From: a virus
Taxonomy: Duplodnaviria; Caudoviricetes
Length of the DNA: 33,372 nucleotides
IMG/VR virus record: IMGVR_UViG_3300009508_000035
Location: 1 to 33,372 of that record
Reading direction: 5' to 3' (one strand)
Below are positions 24,858 to 33,372 of this stretch, one piece after another. Numbering within the stretch: position 1 is the first letter of the stretch; each line of letters starts with the position of its first letter. The position numbers and the translations under genes are program-made. The notes beneath the pieces were generated by a model. The model was not told the origin of the DNA and did not search any database. It saw nothing but the letters and a program-made list of their open reading frames with translations.

Positions 24858-26512
24858 CCTTCATCATCCTTCATAATAATGGTTGTGATGCCATCATCCT
24901 TTTTCTCGACATCTATTATCTTGAATTTTGTTTCCCTTGGGAATAAAACTTCAAATTCACGACTATAAGCTGAATACCCATTAATTTCTCGGCCTTTTGA
25001 CGAAGAAATAACAAATTTATGATTGCCACCAAAAGCATCACCTAAATCTTTTTTTGATGAACTCATAAATGCCAAGTCATTAAAACTCTTACCTTTAATC
25101 ATATCACTTGCTATTGATTCTGGCAAGTTTGTCCGCCGTATCGTCATTCCCTCATAAGGAGGTATTTTCTGTAGTGCATTATCGAGTACATTCGCCAATG
25201 GGGAAACCCTTGCTATGGCCACCGCATCATCAGAACGTAAAGCTGTATTTAATCGTTTATAATACCCATTGCCATCAGTATAGGCATGAATTGCCACTAA
25301 CTCCGCTTCTGACATCTTGTGCAATGAATTTCCACTAATGTTGATCGCTTCATTTGCATTTTTTTGTAGTTTTTCGTATGTTTTTGCACCCAGATATTTT
25401 TTCAAACCCTCTTCTTGTGATACTCTTTGTGAAATACTATCTGCAGTATGTCCGCCAAATACTTTATCAAATGCCCCTCTATCGCGATTTCTTAAATCAT
25501 TAAGGGTATATGCTTTACCTGTACTGTCTGAAAACTTATCTATTGATAAGCCACCTTCACGAAATAATTTTGCCTTCGATACGCCTAAAACATCCTCTTG
25601 GGTGGCCTTAGGTTGCTTCTTTAACCAATCACCGTATTTAAGGTCTTGGGGCACCTGTCCTATTTCACTTGCCCTTGTTCCTTTAATGCTCGTTTCACCG
25701 AGGTATGGAACAACACGTGATCTGCAATTAAAATGCGCCGGTAAGTAAGGAGATTTACCCAACGCGTAAACTTTATTATCTCTTGAACGACATATTGCGG
25801 ATGTTCGTCCGTCCAATGTCGCAACGTATTTTAACCCTTTAATGATATCCGCGTTACCCATCCACATATCATTGGAGGCGCGGTCAGAAACATGAGCGAT
25901 TGCCGTTCGCGTAATGCTCTCTGCATGATGGCGCGTAATCTCTAATGCACCATCGCGGTATTGTCTGGCCTTTGTGCCACGTATGCGCCTGATTATCTGG
26001 TCGGTCGTTTGACCTTCCGTTAATCCAAGGCGGATCGTGGTGTTAATTTTTGTTTTCTGGTCGGCTGTTAAATCACTAAACCATGATTTTAATAATCGGC
26101 CTTGAAACGGTTGCTTTGTCACAATGGCTTTCAGTTGATTAATGCCTGGTCTCTTTAAATCTATCGCAACGTACGGGGCAACGGCATTTTCAATCAATCG
26201 CGCTTGGAAGTCAGCCTCATAGACTGCGAAATCCTGTAATTCATCATTCAATGATGCGAACAAGACGGCGGACAATTCTTTATGCGTTGTATCAAGATAT
26301 TTAGATATCTCATTTAATCGTTTTGTCGTATCGGGCCCTAAATCAATTCCGCGTTCTGATATCTTGGACAACCGAATGCTTAATTGTTCTATAACATCCG
26401 CCTCAGCTTTATTTAACAGTGACAATATCTGCCTTACTTGTCTGGTTTTGTACCTTTCAAGCCAAACCATGTGCGAGATACTGCCATTAAGTATCTGTTC
26501 ATTGACTGTCAT
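24854..26512 (-). CDS. MuF (SPP1 gp7-like) minor head protein fused to C-terminal ADP-ribosyltransferase
   Basis: TLDGRTS.IC...D, P.HFNCRS MuF motifs; C-terminal YT...Y..LN..LR, RR, FMSSS, REFEVLF. Confidence 0.88.
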   Translation of the reverse strand: MTVNEQILNGSISHMVWLERYKTRQVRQILSLLNKAEADVIEQLSIRLSKISERGIDLGPDTTKRLNEISKYLDTTHKELSAVLFASLNDELQDFAVYEADFQARLIENAVAPYVAIDLKRPGINQLKAIVTKQPFQGRLLKSWFSDLTADQKTKINTTIRLGLTEGQTTDQIIRRIRGTKARQYRDGALEITRHHAESITRTAIAHVSDRASNDMWMGNADIIKGLKYVATLDGRTSAICRSRDNKVYALGKSPYLPAHFNCRSRVVPYLGETSIKGTRASEIGQVPQDLKYGDWLKKQPKATQEDVLGVSKAKLFREGGLSIDKFSDSTGKAYTLNDLRNRDRGAFDKVFGGHTADSISQRVSQEEGLKKYLGAKTYEKLQKNANEAINISGNSLHKMSEAELVAIHAYTDGNGYYKRLNTALRSDDAVAIARVSPLANVLDNALQKIPPYEGMTIRRTNLPESIASDMIKGKSFNDLAFMSSSKKDLGDAFGGNHKFVISSSKGREINGYSAYSREFEVLFPRETKFKIIDVEKKDDGITTIIMKDDEG

Positions 26513-27914
26513 TTGTCGCTACATCGTTAAAGCTTGCTAAGGCCGGCGCGTCTAGTTCTTTACGTTCGCGTTCATCATCAGCGGTTAAACCCTCGGACAC
26601 TAATTCGCCTTGGATCATGCCTTCAAAGTATGTTTCAAAAGAAATCGCACCAGATAGGTATTGATTGCCCCATTCGCGTAGTAAATTGGCATCCATTGCA
26701 CTTGGAATGTAATCTTTGTTTAATTCAACCGTGACATCATCTGGATTTGCGCCAACCCAATCAGCCATAAATCGCAATGCTTTTGCGACCACCATTTCAG
26801 TTGATGATGCAATATTTGCAAGGATTGAATTTTCACCACCACGCTTGATGGCTAATGCGTTACCTGATTCAGCCGTACGAGATTCCTCACGCAACATTTG
26901 CGCCCCTTGTGCGGCCATTTCCTGTTTCTTCTCCATCATCGCCTCTTTCAAGGCGGCAACTCCATCAGCACCACACTGTAAAAACCCTGCCTGTGCATCA
27001 GGTGGAAGTTTCAAAAACGTATTTGAACCTAAGTGGATAGCAGGGAAATCTTTGGGCTCTGTAATCCCGTTAATCCATGGTGTTGGTGTGCCGGCAACAT
27101 GCAATGCATTTTCGTAATCCGCACTGTTTCGGTAAAATCCTAGACATGTATCCGCCAACCCCTCAAGTGGAGGAGATTGAATTTCGGCGCCCATTTCTTT
27201 AATCCCAAGGAAATAAAAGGGAATTTCTGCAATTTCTGCACCGTTCATTGTTGGGGTGAACTCTTCGTGGATTACCCAACCATTATCTGTTTGACGATGA
27301 ATACGCTGCCCATAAGAACCATCATCAATGTGTAATTCACGGATTTGCATGTGTTCACCGCCATCATCATCTTCATATTTTTCGCCTAAGAGGACTTGCA
27401 CAAGGACTGTTGCGTTATTCACGCGCCCTGTACGCCAATAACGAATATCCTCGGCCTTATATGAGGTTAAGTAGGGTCTTAATCCAAGCTTTGTTGATTG
27501 TTGAACCGTTAAGGTTTCATCAGTGTTTCTTTGTGGATATTCAACCAATAAACCGCAACGACCAACCTCTAAAACTTCATCAATCAAACGGCCAATAAAT
27601 CCCTCAAGCGAAATACCCCCCATATCGATATCAGATTTATACGCCTGTAATGCGGTCGGTAATTTGACAACAGGCTGTTTGCGGAATATGTGGCCAGACA
27701 TAGTGTCGATTGTGCGCGCAACAGCATTAAAAAACTGCGCACGCTGTTGGTATGAAATATAGCCTTTATCTTGCGCATTATCCTGACCGCCAAGCAACGG
27801 CAAATAAGCTACACCGCGTTTTAAGACGGCTCTCAACCCGATCGCAGTGTCACGACATTTGAGCCATGTATCGGCCATTCCGTCATAACTTTTATGTGTT
27901 GCGTTAATGTCCAT
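26499..27914 (-). CDS. Portal protein (DUF4055-type)
   Basis: Follows terL; YLP...Y..RA.F.N...RT, PPL..LA...YRNSADY motifs. Confidence 0.9.
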   Translation of the reverse strand: MDINATHKSYDGMADTWLKCRDTAIGLRAVLKRGVAYLPLLGGQDNAQDKGYISYQQRAQFFNAVARTIDTMSGHIFRKQPVVKLPTALQAYKSDIDMGGISLEGFIGRLIDEVLEVGRCGLLVEYPQRNTDETLTVQQSTKLGLRPYLTSYKAEDIRYWRTGRVNNATVLVQVLLGEKYEDDDGGEHMQIRELHIDDGSYGQRIHRQTDNGWVIHEEFTPTMNGAEIAEIPFYFLGIKEMGAEIQSPPLEGLADTCLGFYRNSADYENALHVAGTPTPWINGITEPKDFPAIHLGSNTFLKLPPDAQAGFLQCGADGVAALKEAMMEKKQEMAAQGAQMLREESRTAESGNALAIKRGGENSILANIASSTEMVVAKALRFMADWVGANPDDVTVELNKDYIPSAMDANLLREWGNQYLSGAISFETYFEGMIQGELVSEGLTADDERERKELDAPALASFNDVATNDSQ

Positions 27915-29185
27915 TATAATCCTGTAACTGTTCCTAGTGCGAATGTTGGTTTGTTAATCGGGTATCGTTGTGCAATGAAATACCCTTGGGCGTCATTGGG
28001 GTGGTCATGGCCGGATTTTTTATCTGGCTCTCCGTTCTTATCGTATGCTTGTTGCTCCAGTGCCTCGGTTAAAACAGGACATTGATCGGTATTAACCAAC
28101 CACCTGCGTTCGCCCTGCCCATTTTTAATCATCGCATTCATTGCGTTCACACGATCTTTAACAGCGGGGTTTCGGCTGTTCACCTGCACCCTCAATCCTG
28201 CTTGGCGTAAAATGCTTAAATCTGATTCACTGGCATTTTTAGAACTTGTGTTTTGCCCTGACGCATCGGGATAAATCGTAATGTCATGACCCTCAAAGCG
28301 CTCTTTCAGCAACCGCGCCATCTCTGGGGTATCTCTTACCGCTGTTAATTCCCCGACTGTCAATGGTTGGCCATCACGAACAACATTGATACAGGCGGTC
28401 ATATTCAGCACGTTAAAGTCCATTCCGACATGAAGCGGATCACCGTAGCCAATCATCGCATCTGTATGATTTAATCGGCGATCAAAACTTCCATAAACGC
28501 TACCAGAGGCAAGGTTTACGAATTGGCCCCGCAAATATGCATCAATCAACTGAGGCGGATAAGACGCCATCAATGAGGGGATGTAATCGGCGGGTAAATT
28601 TAATTCATTATCAAATGTTGACGCCTGAATAATTCCGTAAAGGCTGGCTAATTCTGGTCGTTCCCTAATTTGTTTTACGAATTGATTGTAAACAAATTTA
28701 AATCCTTCTGGCGTAGTGGTAACATCAATTCCGTTTTGTAATCCTTCGCCTGATTGCCTCATACGCGCGATAATCTTACGCCATGCTTTTTCGGCTTTAT
28801 CGGCGGCCAATACATCTAATTCATCAACCAGCGCATGACCGATTTTAAAACCAACAATAGTGTTCGGCTTTTCCATCGATCGGCACTTAACCAAACCGCG
28901 ATATTGTCGGCCTGAATAAATTGAAACTTCCTTATTACTTTCATGAACCTTGGTTTTTAATTCCCAATCGAAGGCAACTTCATCAATCGTATCGTAAAAA
29001 ATATCTTTAATTTGTGGATAGGTTGGCGCGAAATACCCTGCATTGATTTTAGGATGCTCCCAAAAATGTTTGCAAAGGCCTGCGCAACCTGCCCATGTTT
29101 TACCTGATCCAAATCCCGCAACATAAGCTTTAAATTTATGGGGCAAGTTTAAAAACTGTGCCTGCGGGATGTTTAATTTAGGCAC
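27914..29185 (-). CDS. terL: Terminase large subunit
   Basis: Walker A GFGSGKT, Walker B LVDE, TTTPEG, nuclease GMDFN and DH..DA. Confidence 0.96.
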   Translation of the reverse strand: MPKLNIPQAQFLNLPHKFKAYVAGFGSGKTWAGCAGLCKHFWEHPKINAGYFAPTYPQIKDIFYDTIDEVAFDWELKTKVHESNKEVSIYSGRQYRGLVKCRSMEKPNTIVGFKIGHALVDELDVLAADKAEKAWRKIIARMRQSGEGLQNGIDVTTTPEGFKFVYNQFVKQIRERPELASLYGIIQASTFDNELNLPADYIPSLMASYPPQLIDAYLRGQFVNLASGSVYGSFDRRLNHTDAMIGYGDPLHVGMDFNVLNMTACINVVRDGQPLTVGELTAVRDTPEMARLLKERFEGHDITIYPDASGQNTSSKNASESDLSILRQAGLRVQVNSRNPAVKDRVNAMNAMIKNGQGERRWLVNTDQCPVLTEALEQQAYDKNGEPDKKSGHDHPNDAQGYFIAQRYPINKPTFALGTVTGL

Positions 29186-29591
29186 TCTCTGGCTTTCGCC
29201 CGTCTGTTACCTCAATAACAACCTTTGTCGGTCTGACAAATTCATCATCATCAGTAACGCCCTTATCAAGCCCTAGCAACTTCGCCTTGCTCATTGTCGC
29301 TGAAACCATGGTTGATGATTGCGAACATTTCTTGGCAAATGCTCTGGCCTCCTCAAGTTCTTTCATGAGGTCGTCCATGGTAATTTGGTGTCTTTTTTCC
29401 GTCTTTTTTTTAAGCTGGTCCACTCTTACCGCAATCTTACCGTTTTTCAAAAGCTCACTAGCTTTAACTGAAATTACGTTTGGTGATGTGTTTTTAGCGT
29501 CATAGGCTAATCGGTAAGCCTCGCTTGCGTTCCCTGTTTCAAGGTATTTTTGGCAAAACTTCTCCTGTTTAATCGTTAGATTTCCCATCAT
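29178..29591 (-). CDS. terS: Terminase small subunit
   Basis: LT.KQE.FC..Y...GNA.EAY..AY motif; upstream of terL. Confidence 0.92.
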   Translation of the reverse strand: MMGNLTIKQEKFCQKYLETGNASEAYRLAYDAKNTSPNVISVKASELLKNGKIAVRVDQLKKKTEKRHQITMDDLMKELEEARAFAKKCSQSSTMVSATMSKAKLLGLDKGVTDDDEFVRPTKVVIEVTDGRKPESA

Positions 29592-29672
29592 TCCCCCTTA
29601 GGTTATGTGGTTGAGGCCTTGCCTCGTTAATGAAATATTGATTTTTGTGTCGGATATGGTTTAAAACTAGGA

Positions 29673-29894
29673 ATGAGCGAAATAGAACCGCCTTCAGCGG
29701 AAATAGTTTCAATGGCATTTCCTAAAAATTTGCGTCACAAGCCCGAAGATATCAAACAGATATATTTGGAGCTGATTTCGCTTTCCCACAGGCTAGAGGC
29801 ATCTAAACATCTTACCCTATGGCCTGAATGGACGCAGTGTCAGGCTAATTCCATGCGTGATTTTGCACGGGATTTGGTGGATTCAAAATCGTAA
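29673..29894 (+). CDS. Hypothetical protein, counter-oriented (moron-like)
   Basis: Isolated ORF in otherwise non-coding gap, AGGA before ATG, hairpin immediately after stop. Confidence 0.5.
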   Translation: MSEIEPPSAEIVSMAFPKNLRHKPEDIKQIYLELISLSHRLEASKHLTLWPEWTQCQANSMRDFARDLVDSKS

Positions 29895-29928
29895 AAAGAA
29901 AAGCCCCGCAAAAATGCAGGGCAGTTTT
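29895..29928. terminator. Hairpin terminator (tR'-like on minus strand; possibly bidirectional)
   Basis: GCCCTGCA-TTTT-TGCGGGGC-TTTTCTTTTT on minus strand. Confidence 0.7.
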
Positions 29929-29950
29929 AAATCGTATTTATCCAAAGACA

Positions 29951-29979
29951 AGTATGATTCATTTCAAAAATCTATGCAA
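29951..29979 (-). promoter_or_regulatory. Late (pR'-like) promoter
   Basis: TTGCAT-N17-CATACT just after the putative late regulator, facing terminase. Confidence 0.65.
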
Positions 29980-29982
29980 GTT

Positions 29983-30432
29983 CTATTTTAACTGATTTCC
30001 AAAACCTCGAAGAATGCACCACTGGTTTAGCCCAAAGACGTATAAATTCATGATCTGATTAACATCTCTCGATCTAACCCTTGCCTCGTCTTCAATGGAG
30101 TTACACAAAGCGGATAGATTAATCACTACGCCATAAACCAATGGATTTTCGTTTTTAAATTCACCAAGCGTTCGCATGAGTTTGATTTCGAAATCACTAT
30201 AATCGTCATGGTCATTTGACTGACTCCCACCATCAACGCGGTTCATGTCCTGCATTGCAAACCCCAGCGCGTGATTAAATAACTCAAATGCACGTGTGAT
30301 TTCCTTTTCCGCATCAATCATGGCAGGTGTCATTTGCTTACCAAGCTTTGCGCGCTCTTTCGCCATGGGTATTAGTTCTTTCCGCTTTTCGGTTATTTTA
30401 CGTTCAACGAATGTTATGCGCTCATTTTTCAT
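29983..30432 (-). CDS. Putative late-gene regulator (Q position)
   Basis: Last early gene before late promoter/terminator; RVDGG motif and possible C-terminal HTH; start uncertain (30432 or 30450). Confidence 0.5.
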   Translation of the reverse strand: MKNERITFVERKITEKRKELIPMAKERAKLGKQMTPAMIDAEKEITRAFELFNHALGFAMQDMNRVDGGSQSNDHDDYSDFEIKLMRTLGEFKNENPLVYGVVINLSALCNSIEDEARVRSRDVNQIMNLYVFGLNQWCILRGFGNQLK

Positions 30433-30631
30433 TTTTGTGTTTTTCCCCATATTTTTTATTTCCAATGTTTATTAGGTGCTGGCGATCGAAATCATCGCTG
30501 ATTGTGTCAGGATCAATAAATAATTTTCCCTTCATCAGCCAAATTGCTTTTGCCATTTTCTCGATCTCTAAATTATCCAAGGGGTTTTTAGGTTGGTGCC
30601 TGGTTAAAGATGTTCTAATTCGGCCCGTCAT
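30422..30631 (-). CDS. Hypothetical protein
   Basis: Start 30631 by ATGA overlap. Confidence 0.65.
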   Translation of the reverse strand: MTGRIRTSLTRHQPKNPLDNLEIEKMAKAIWLMKGKLFIDPDTISDDFDRQHLINIGNKKYGEKHKNEK

Positions 30632-31221
30632 GGCTTTACCTCGTCCCAAGAGATATCGTATCCTATGTGAGAGTGAAGATAATTATTAAAATAACGCTTT
30701 GCCTCGCCAACTCCTTTTGATTCAATCAATTTTGACGCATGTGTTTTTAACGAGGGTATAAGTTTTGTTTTTTGATTGTTGAAATCATCAACGGACATTT
30801 GGTGCCATTGAACTTGATTTTGTTTTTTTGTGGGCTGGTGCGAAATTTGCATTCTCCGTGACAATTCATCGATCCGATTGTAATCGTTTTGTCGTTTATT
30901 TTCCTGTTGGCATATTTTCAAAATGTCTGAGGGTGTGGGCATGATTGGTTGTTTTTTCATCCATTTTTTAAATCCCTCTGTGATTTGATTGATGTCGCAA
31001 TCTTCTAGGCACATCTCAAACCCTAACAACATATTTTTTGCAGTATCCGGTGTTTTGCCGTAAACATTAAAAACATCCAACGACTGGCTAATTAGCTCTT
31101 TCAATTGCGTAATTCTCGCTTGGTTCATCGAGGCCATATTTTCGACGGAGGATTGATTCTGCTTCGTCCAATGCTGATTGTTTTTGTTCAAGCTTGGTAG
31201 GCTTTCGGCTAAAGTTTTCAT
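30628..31221 (-). CDS. Replication protein P-like / helicase loader
   Basis: Follows initiator; F..W......MPTPSDI motif. Confidence 0.6.
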   Translation of the reverse strand: MKTLAESLPSLNKNNQHWTKQNQSSVENMASMNQARITQLKELISQSLDVFNVYGKTPDTAKNMLLGFEMCLEDCDINQITEGFKKWMKKQPIMPTPSDILKICQQENKRQNDYNRIDELSRRMQISHQPTKKQNQVQWHQMSVDDFNNQKTKLIPSLKTHASKLIESKGVGEAKRYFNNYLHSHIGYDISWDEVKP

Positions 31222-31870
31222 GAGTTTTTCCTTCCCTCAATGGCTTCTCGTTGATTTCAGCTTGTCGTCTGCGACCCCACGTTTGCAGGGTTGCCCAGTA
31301 ATCCTTGTAGGTTTTTCCTTGGGATTTGCAGTACTGGACAAGGTCGTCCCTCAGCTCCAGAATGTCCACGTTTGGGCACTTCTCCTCGAAATACGCCAAG
31401 AACTTTCCATCAAGCGGATGGTTTTCAATCTCCTCGATTGAATTTATTTTCTGTGGGGGGACTATAGGGGGGTTATATATATTATTATTTAATTCTTTAG
31501 GTGTGGTTGATTGTTGGTTGATTGTTGGTTGTTCGTTGGTTGATTGTTGGTTGCTGTCTCGGTTATCTCTTTGGTAAATATCCCATGAAACTATTGATAT
31601 GATTGAAAACTGGCTATTCGATTTGATGGTTATCTCGTTGGTTGATTGCAGGTTGTTTAGTGCGGTTCTTACCTGTTGCTCTGATAATCCCAATTTTAAT
31701 GACAGTGCTTTTCTTCCGGATACGGTTGAACCGATCGGAACAACTTCGCCGCGGAATTTTTTCTCCTTTATGTTTGCTGTTAATAGCAATTCAATAAAAA
31801 CTATTTTAGTCGGGCCGTGTGAATACCACTCCCAATCAGTGAATTGACGGTGAAGTTTAATCCAGCTCAC
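31088..31870 (-). CDS. Replication initiator (O-like)
   Basis: WIKLHR...WEWY N-terminus, wHTH, internal iterons, DW.AT..TW-like C-terminal domain; GTG start 31870 (GTGA overlap). Confidence 0.85.
   Translation of the reverse strand: MSWIKLHRQFTDWEWYSHGPTKIVFIELLLTANIKEKKFRGEVVPIGSTVSGRKALSLKLGLSEQQVRTALNNLQSTNEITIKSNSQFSIISIVSWDIYQRDNRDSNQQSTNEQPTINQQSTTPKELNNNIYNPPIVPPQKINSIEEIENHPLDGKFLAYFEEKCPNVDILELRDDLVQYCKSQGKTYKDYWATLQTWGRRRQAEINEKPLREGKTHENFSRKPTKLEQKQSALDEAESILRRKYGLDEPSENYAIERAN
31475..31661. repeat. Iteron-like 11-bp repeats + AT-rich tract (putative origin)
   Basis: GGTTGATTGTT-type x5 at 31505-31559, degenerate copies from 31628, AT-rich 31475-31499. Confidence 0.75.
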
Positions 31871-32235
31871 AAGCACCCCCACGCCTCTATTTTTACGTTT
31901 CCGCCTTCGGTTATTGTACCCCAATCAATCGTGATTGGATAAAAGCGCGCATCATTCACGCCCCATGCGTCGGCGATGGCATCCAACGCATACTTTATCG
32001 ACGCAAGGCAGTTATCGAGGTCTCGACTATGATATGTCGGTTTATCGAACCAAATATTTAATGGAATGTTGCCCTCGTCTGGAAAGCGGGTGCGCTTAAC
32101 CATAGCAAGGGTTTTGCAATCTGATTTATATCTGGATTTAACACCTGTTGAATAACGATGTTGAACGCGACTATTGGCTTTCAATTCATCAGGGAACCAC
32201 GGGAGGTTAAGGATTATGCATTGTGCCTTTATCAT
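31867..32235 (-). CDS. rusA: RusA-like Holliday junction resolvase
   Basis: RDLDN...K...D.......ND motif. Confidence 0.82.
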   Translation of the reverse strand: MIKAQCIILNLPWFPDELKANSRVQHRYSTGVKSRYKSDCKTLAMVKRTRFPDEGNIPLNIWFDKPTYHSRDLDNCLASIKYALDAIADAWGVNDARFYPITIDWGTITEGGNVKIEAWGCL

Positions 32236-32465
32236 TGGACAAAGAAACTTCTCAGTCGCTCAAAAACAAGAGCATCTTTAATATTTCCGTCCTTACGGTT
32301 TTTATCCTCCATTTCATCTAAATGGTTATATAAAAATGTCTTATCTTGAGAATCTAGATAGTCAAAATCACAATTTTGATACTCTCTTAGGTGTTCCTTA
32401 ATTTCGTCAATATCAAAATCATCCAGAGTGACGTCAATCTCGGCCTCAGCGGTAAAAATTGCCAT
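32232..32465 (-). CDS. Hypothetical acidic protein
   Basis: Coupled on both sides. Confidence 0.7.
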   Translation of the reverse strand: MAIFTAEAEIDVTLDDFDIDEIKEHLREYQNCDFDYLDSQDKTFLYNHLDEMEDKNRKDGNIKDALVFERLRSFFVQ

Positions 32466-32776
32466 TATTTTTTACCCCGCTTCTTAGTCTGCGTTGCAAT
32501 GTCTCTCATTATGCGGTCACGCTCTGCGCAAATACCTATTTCATCTAATCTTTTAATTTGCCATGGCGTGGCAAATCCAAAGGATGGGTGGAATTCTATT
32601 TTTTTGTTATCCTGTAAGTACATCTTTATTTCCCCTGCTATTTTTTTATATTTTTGACTAGGCTCACACCTGCCCGACGCCCACGAATAGACTGTTGATG
32701 TTGGTAATTTGAATTGCTTGGCGATTGAAGGAACCGTCAAGTTTCCAGTGTCTATAATTTGCTGTAATTTAGTCAT
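32465..32776 (-). CDS. Cro/C1-type HTH protein
   Basis: LTVPSIAKQFKLPTSTVYSWASGRCEP HTH pattern. Confidence 0.7.
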   Translation of the reverse strand: MTKLQQIIDTGNLTVPSIAKQFKLPTSTVYSWASGRCEPSQKYKKIAGEIKMYLQDNKKIEFHPSFGFATPWQIKRLDEIGICAERDRIMRDIATQTKKRGKK

Positions 32777-32972
32777 TTCTTTTCCCCCATAATTCCCCCT
32801 GCTTAGTGTCGTGAGGCATTACGCCTGCCCCTAAATTTACAATCCAACCGCCAAAATTTAGAACGGATAAGCCCGTTTTTACCAAAGCCGTGGCACTAAT
32901 CCGCTGTACGCAATGAACCGCGCATTTGAATAAGTTGCTGATAGATATGTTCCCACTGTTCCCGTTCCTCAT
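32769..32972 (-). CDS. Hypothetical protein
   Basis: ORF fills gap in the early operon; overlaps both neighbours. Confidence 0.5.
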   Translation of the reverse strand: MRNGNSGNISISNLFKCAVHCVQRISATALVKTGLSVLNFGGWIVNLGAGVMPHDTKQGELWGKRND

Positions 32973-33291
32973 CTTTTAATCTTTCCCCTCTTGAAAGTGT
33001 TTCGTTTGCCAGCGCACGGACGCGCGATACTGTATCGGATGCCTCAAGCATCAATTCGTTTAAAATGTCGTATTCATTTTTACGTGGCCGCGCTGTTCCA
33101 CTTTCATAAAAAAATGCTTTTTCTCTGGCTTGATCCCAATTAAATTTATCGGAAACACGTTTTTTATAATCGCCCCTTTTCTCCCATTTCCTTTGTGGAA
33201 GGGAGTTGTAGACGCTATCCATAAATATTTCTTTTTCTGTTTTCATATTTTCTAAGTTTTTAGAATTAATTTCGTGTATCTCTAATTTCAT
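32896..33291 (-). CDS. Hypothetical protein (cII-like position)
   Basis: First complete gene of the minus-strand early operon; possible HTH + coiled coil; start may be 33246. Confidence 0.55.
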   Translation of the reverse strand: MKLEIHEINSKNLENMKTEKEIFMDSVYNSLPQRKWEKRGDYKKRVSDKFNWDQAREKAFFYESGTARPRKNEYDILNELMLEASDTVSRVRALANETLSRGERLKDEEREQWEHIYQQLIQMRGSLRTAD

Positions 33292-33372
33292 GACGCAAAC
33301 AAACAGTCTTTCCCCTTGTTTTTCCCAACTGTTTGTTTGCTGTTCCTTCCCTTGTCGTGGCGACTGGGTGCA

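Larger units (their letters stand above)
1..33372. mobile_element. Temperate siphovirus-like phage genome (partial; excised/attP form)
   Basis: Integrase, attP, recombination, replication, terminase, portal, capsid, tail tube (no sheath), tape measure and lysis genes in lambdoid order. Confidence 0.96.

Noticed and set aside
31505-31559. CRISPR-like or VNTR array
   Set aside because: No spacers; 11-bp tandem units inside the initiator fit iterons
1-33372. DGR, retron, CRISPR-Cas, tail sheath or histidine kinase genes
   Set aside because: No reverse transcriptase, cas, sheath or kinase motifs recognised, and no long TR/VR-type repeat noticed by eye

Overview
Most of the genome of a temperate, long non-contractile-tailed (siphovirus-type) phage with lambdoid organisation. 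A GapR/DUF2312 homologue points to an alphaproteobacterial host (inference). The DNA is in the excised configuration: an intact attP (3' half of tRNA-Arg(CCG), 5044-5093) follows the tyrosine integrase, with phage genes on both sides. Plus strand: a repressor-controlled early promoter (~517-569) precedes small ORFs, ERF, YqaJ exonuclease, SSB, GapR, Xis and Int, then attP and a run of small accessory ORFs to 8084. Minus strand from the right end: early and replication genes (HTH, RusA, O-like initiator with iterons, P-like loader, putative late regulator), a late promoter and terminator, terminase, portal, MuF, scaffold, capsid, neck, tail, tape measure, tail tip and fibre, lysis cassette and an SGNH/lectin protein. 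The cI/cro genes are not in the window. Most notable signals: (1) an unannotated type I toxin-antitoxin-like locus at ~204-455 (29-aa hydrophobic peptide, 5'-3' fold-back mRNA); (2) an intact stand-alone response-regulator receiver domain translationally coupled inside the lysis cassette; (3) a MuF protein with a C-terminal ADP-ribosyltransferase plus a coupled 50-aa candidate immunity ORF; (4) a non-canonical tRNA-like RNA ending in CCA; (5) an early-type gene array split from its promoter by attP. All protein calls come from motif recognition and synteny by eye; no database searches were run.
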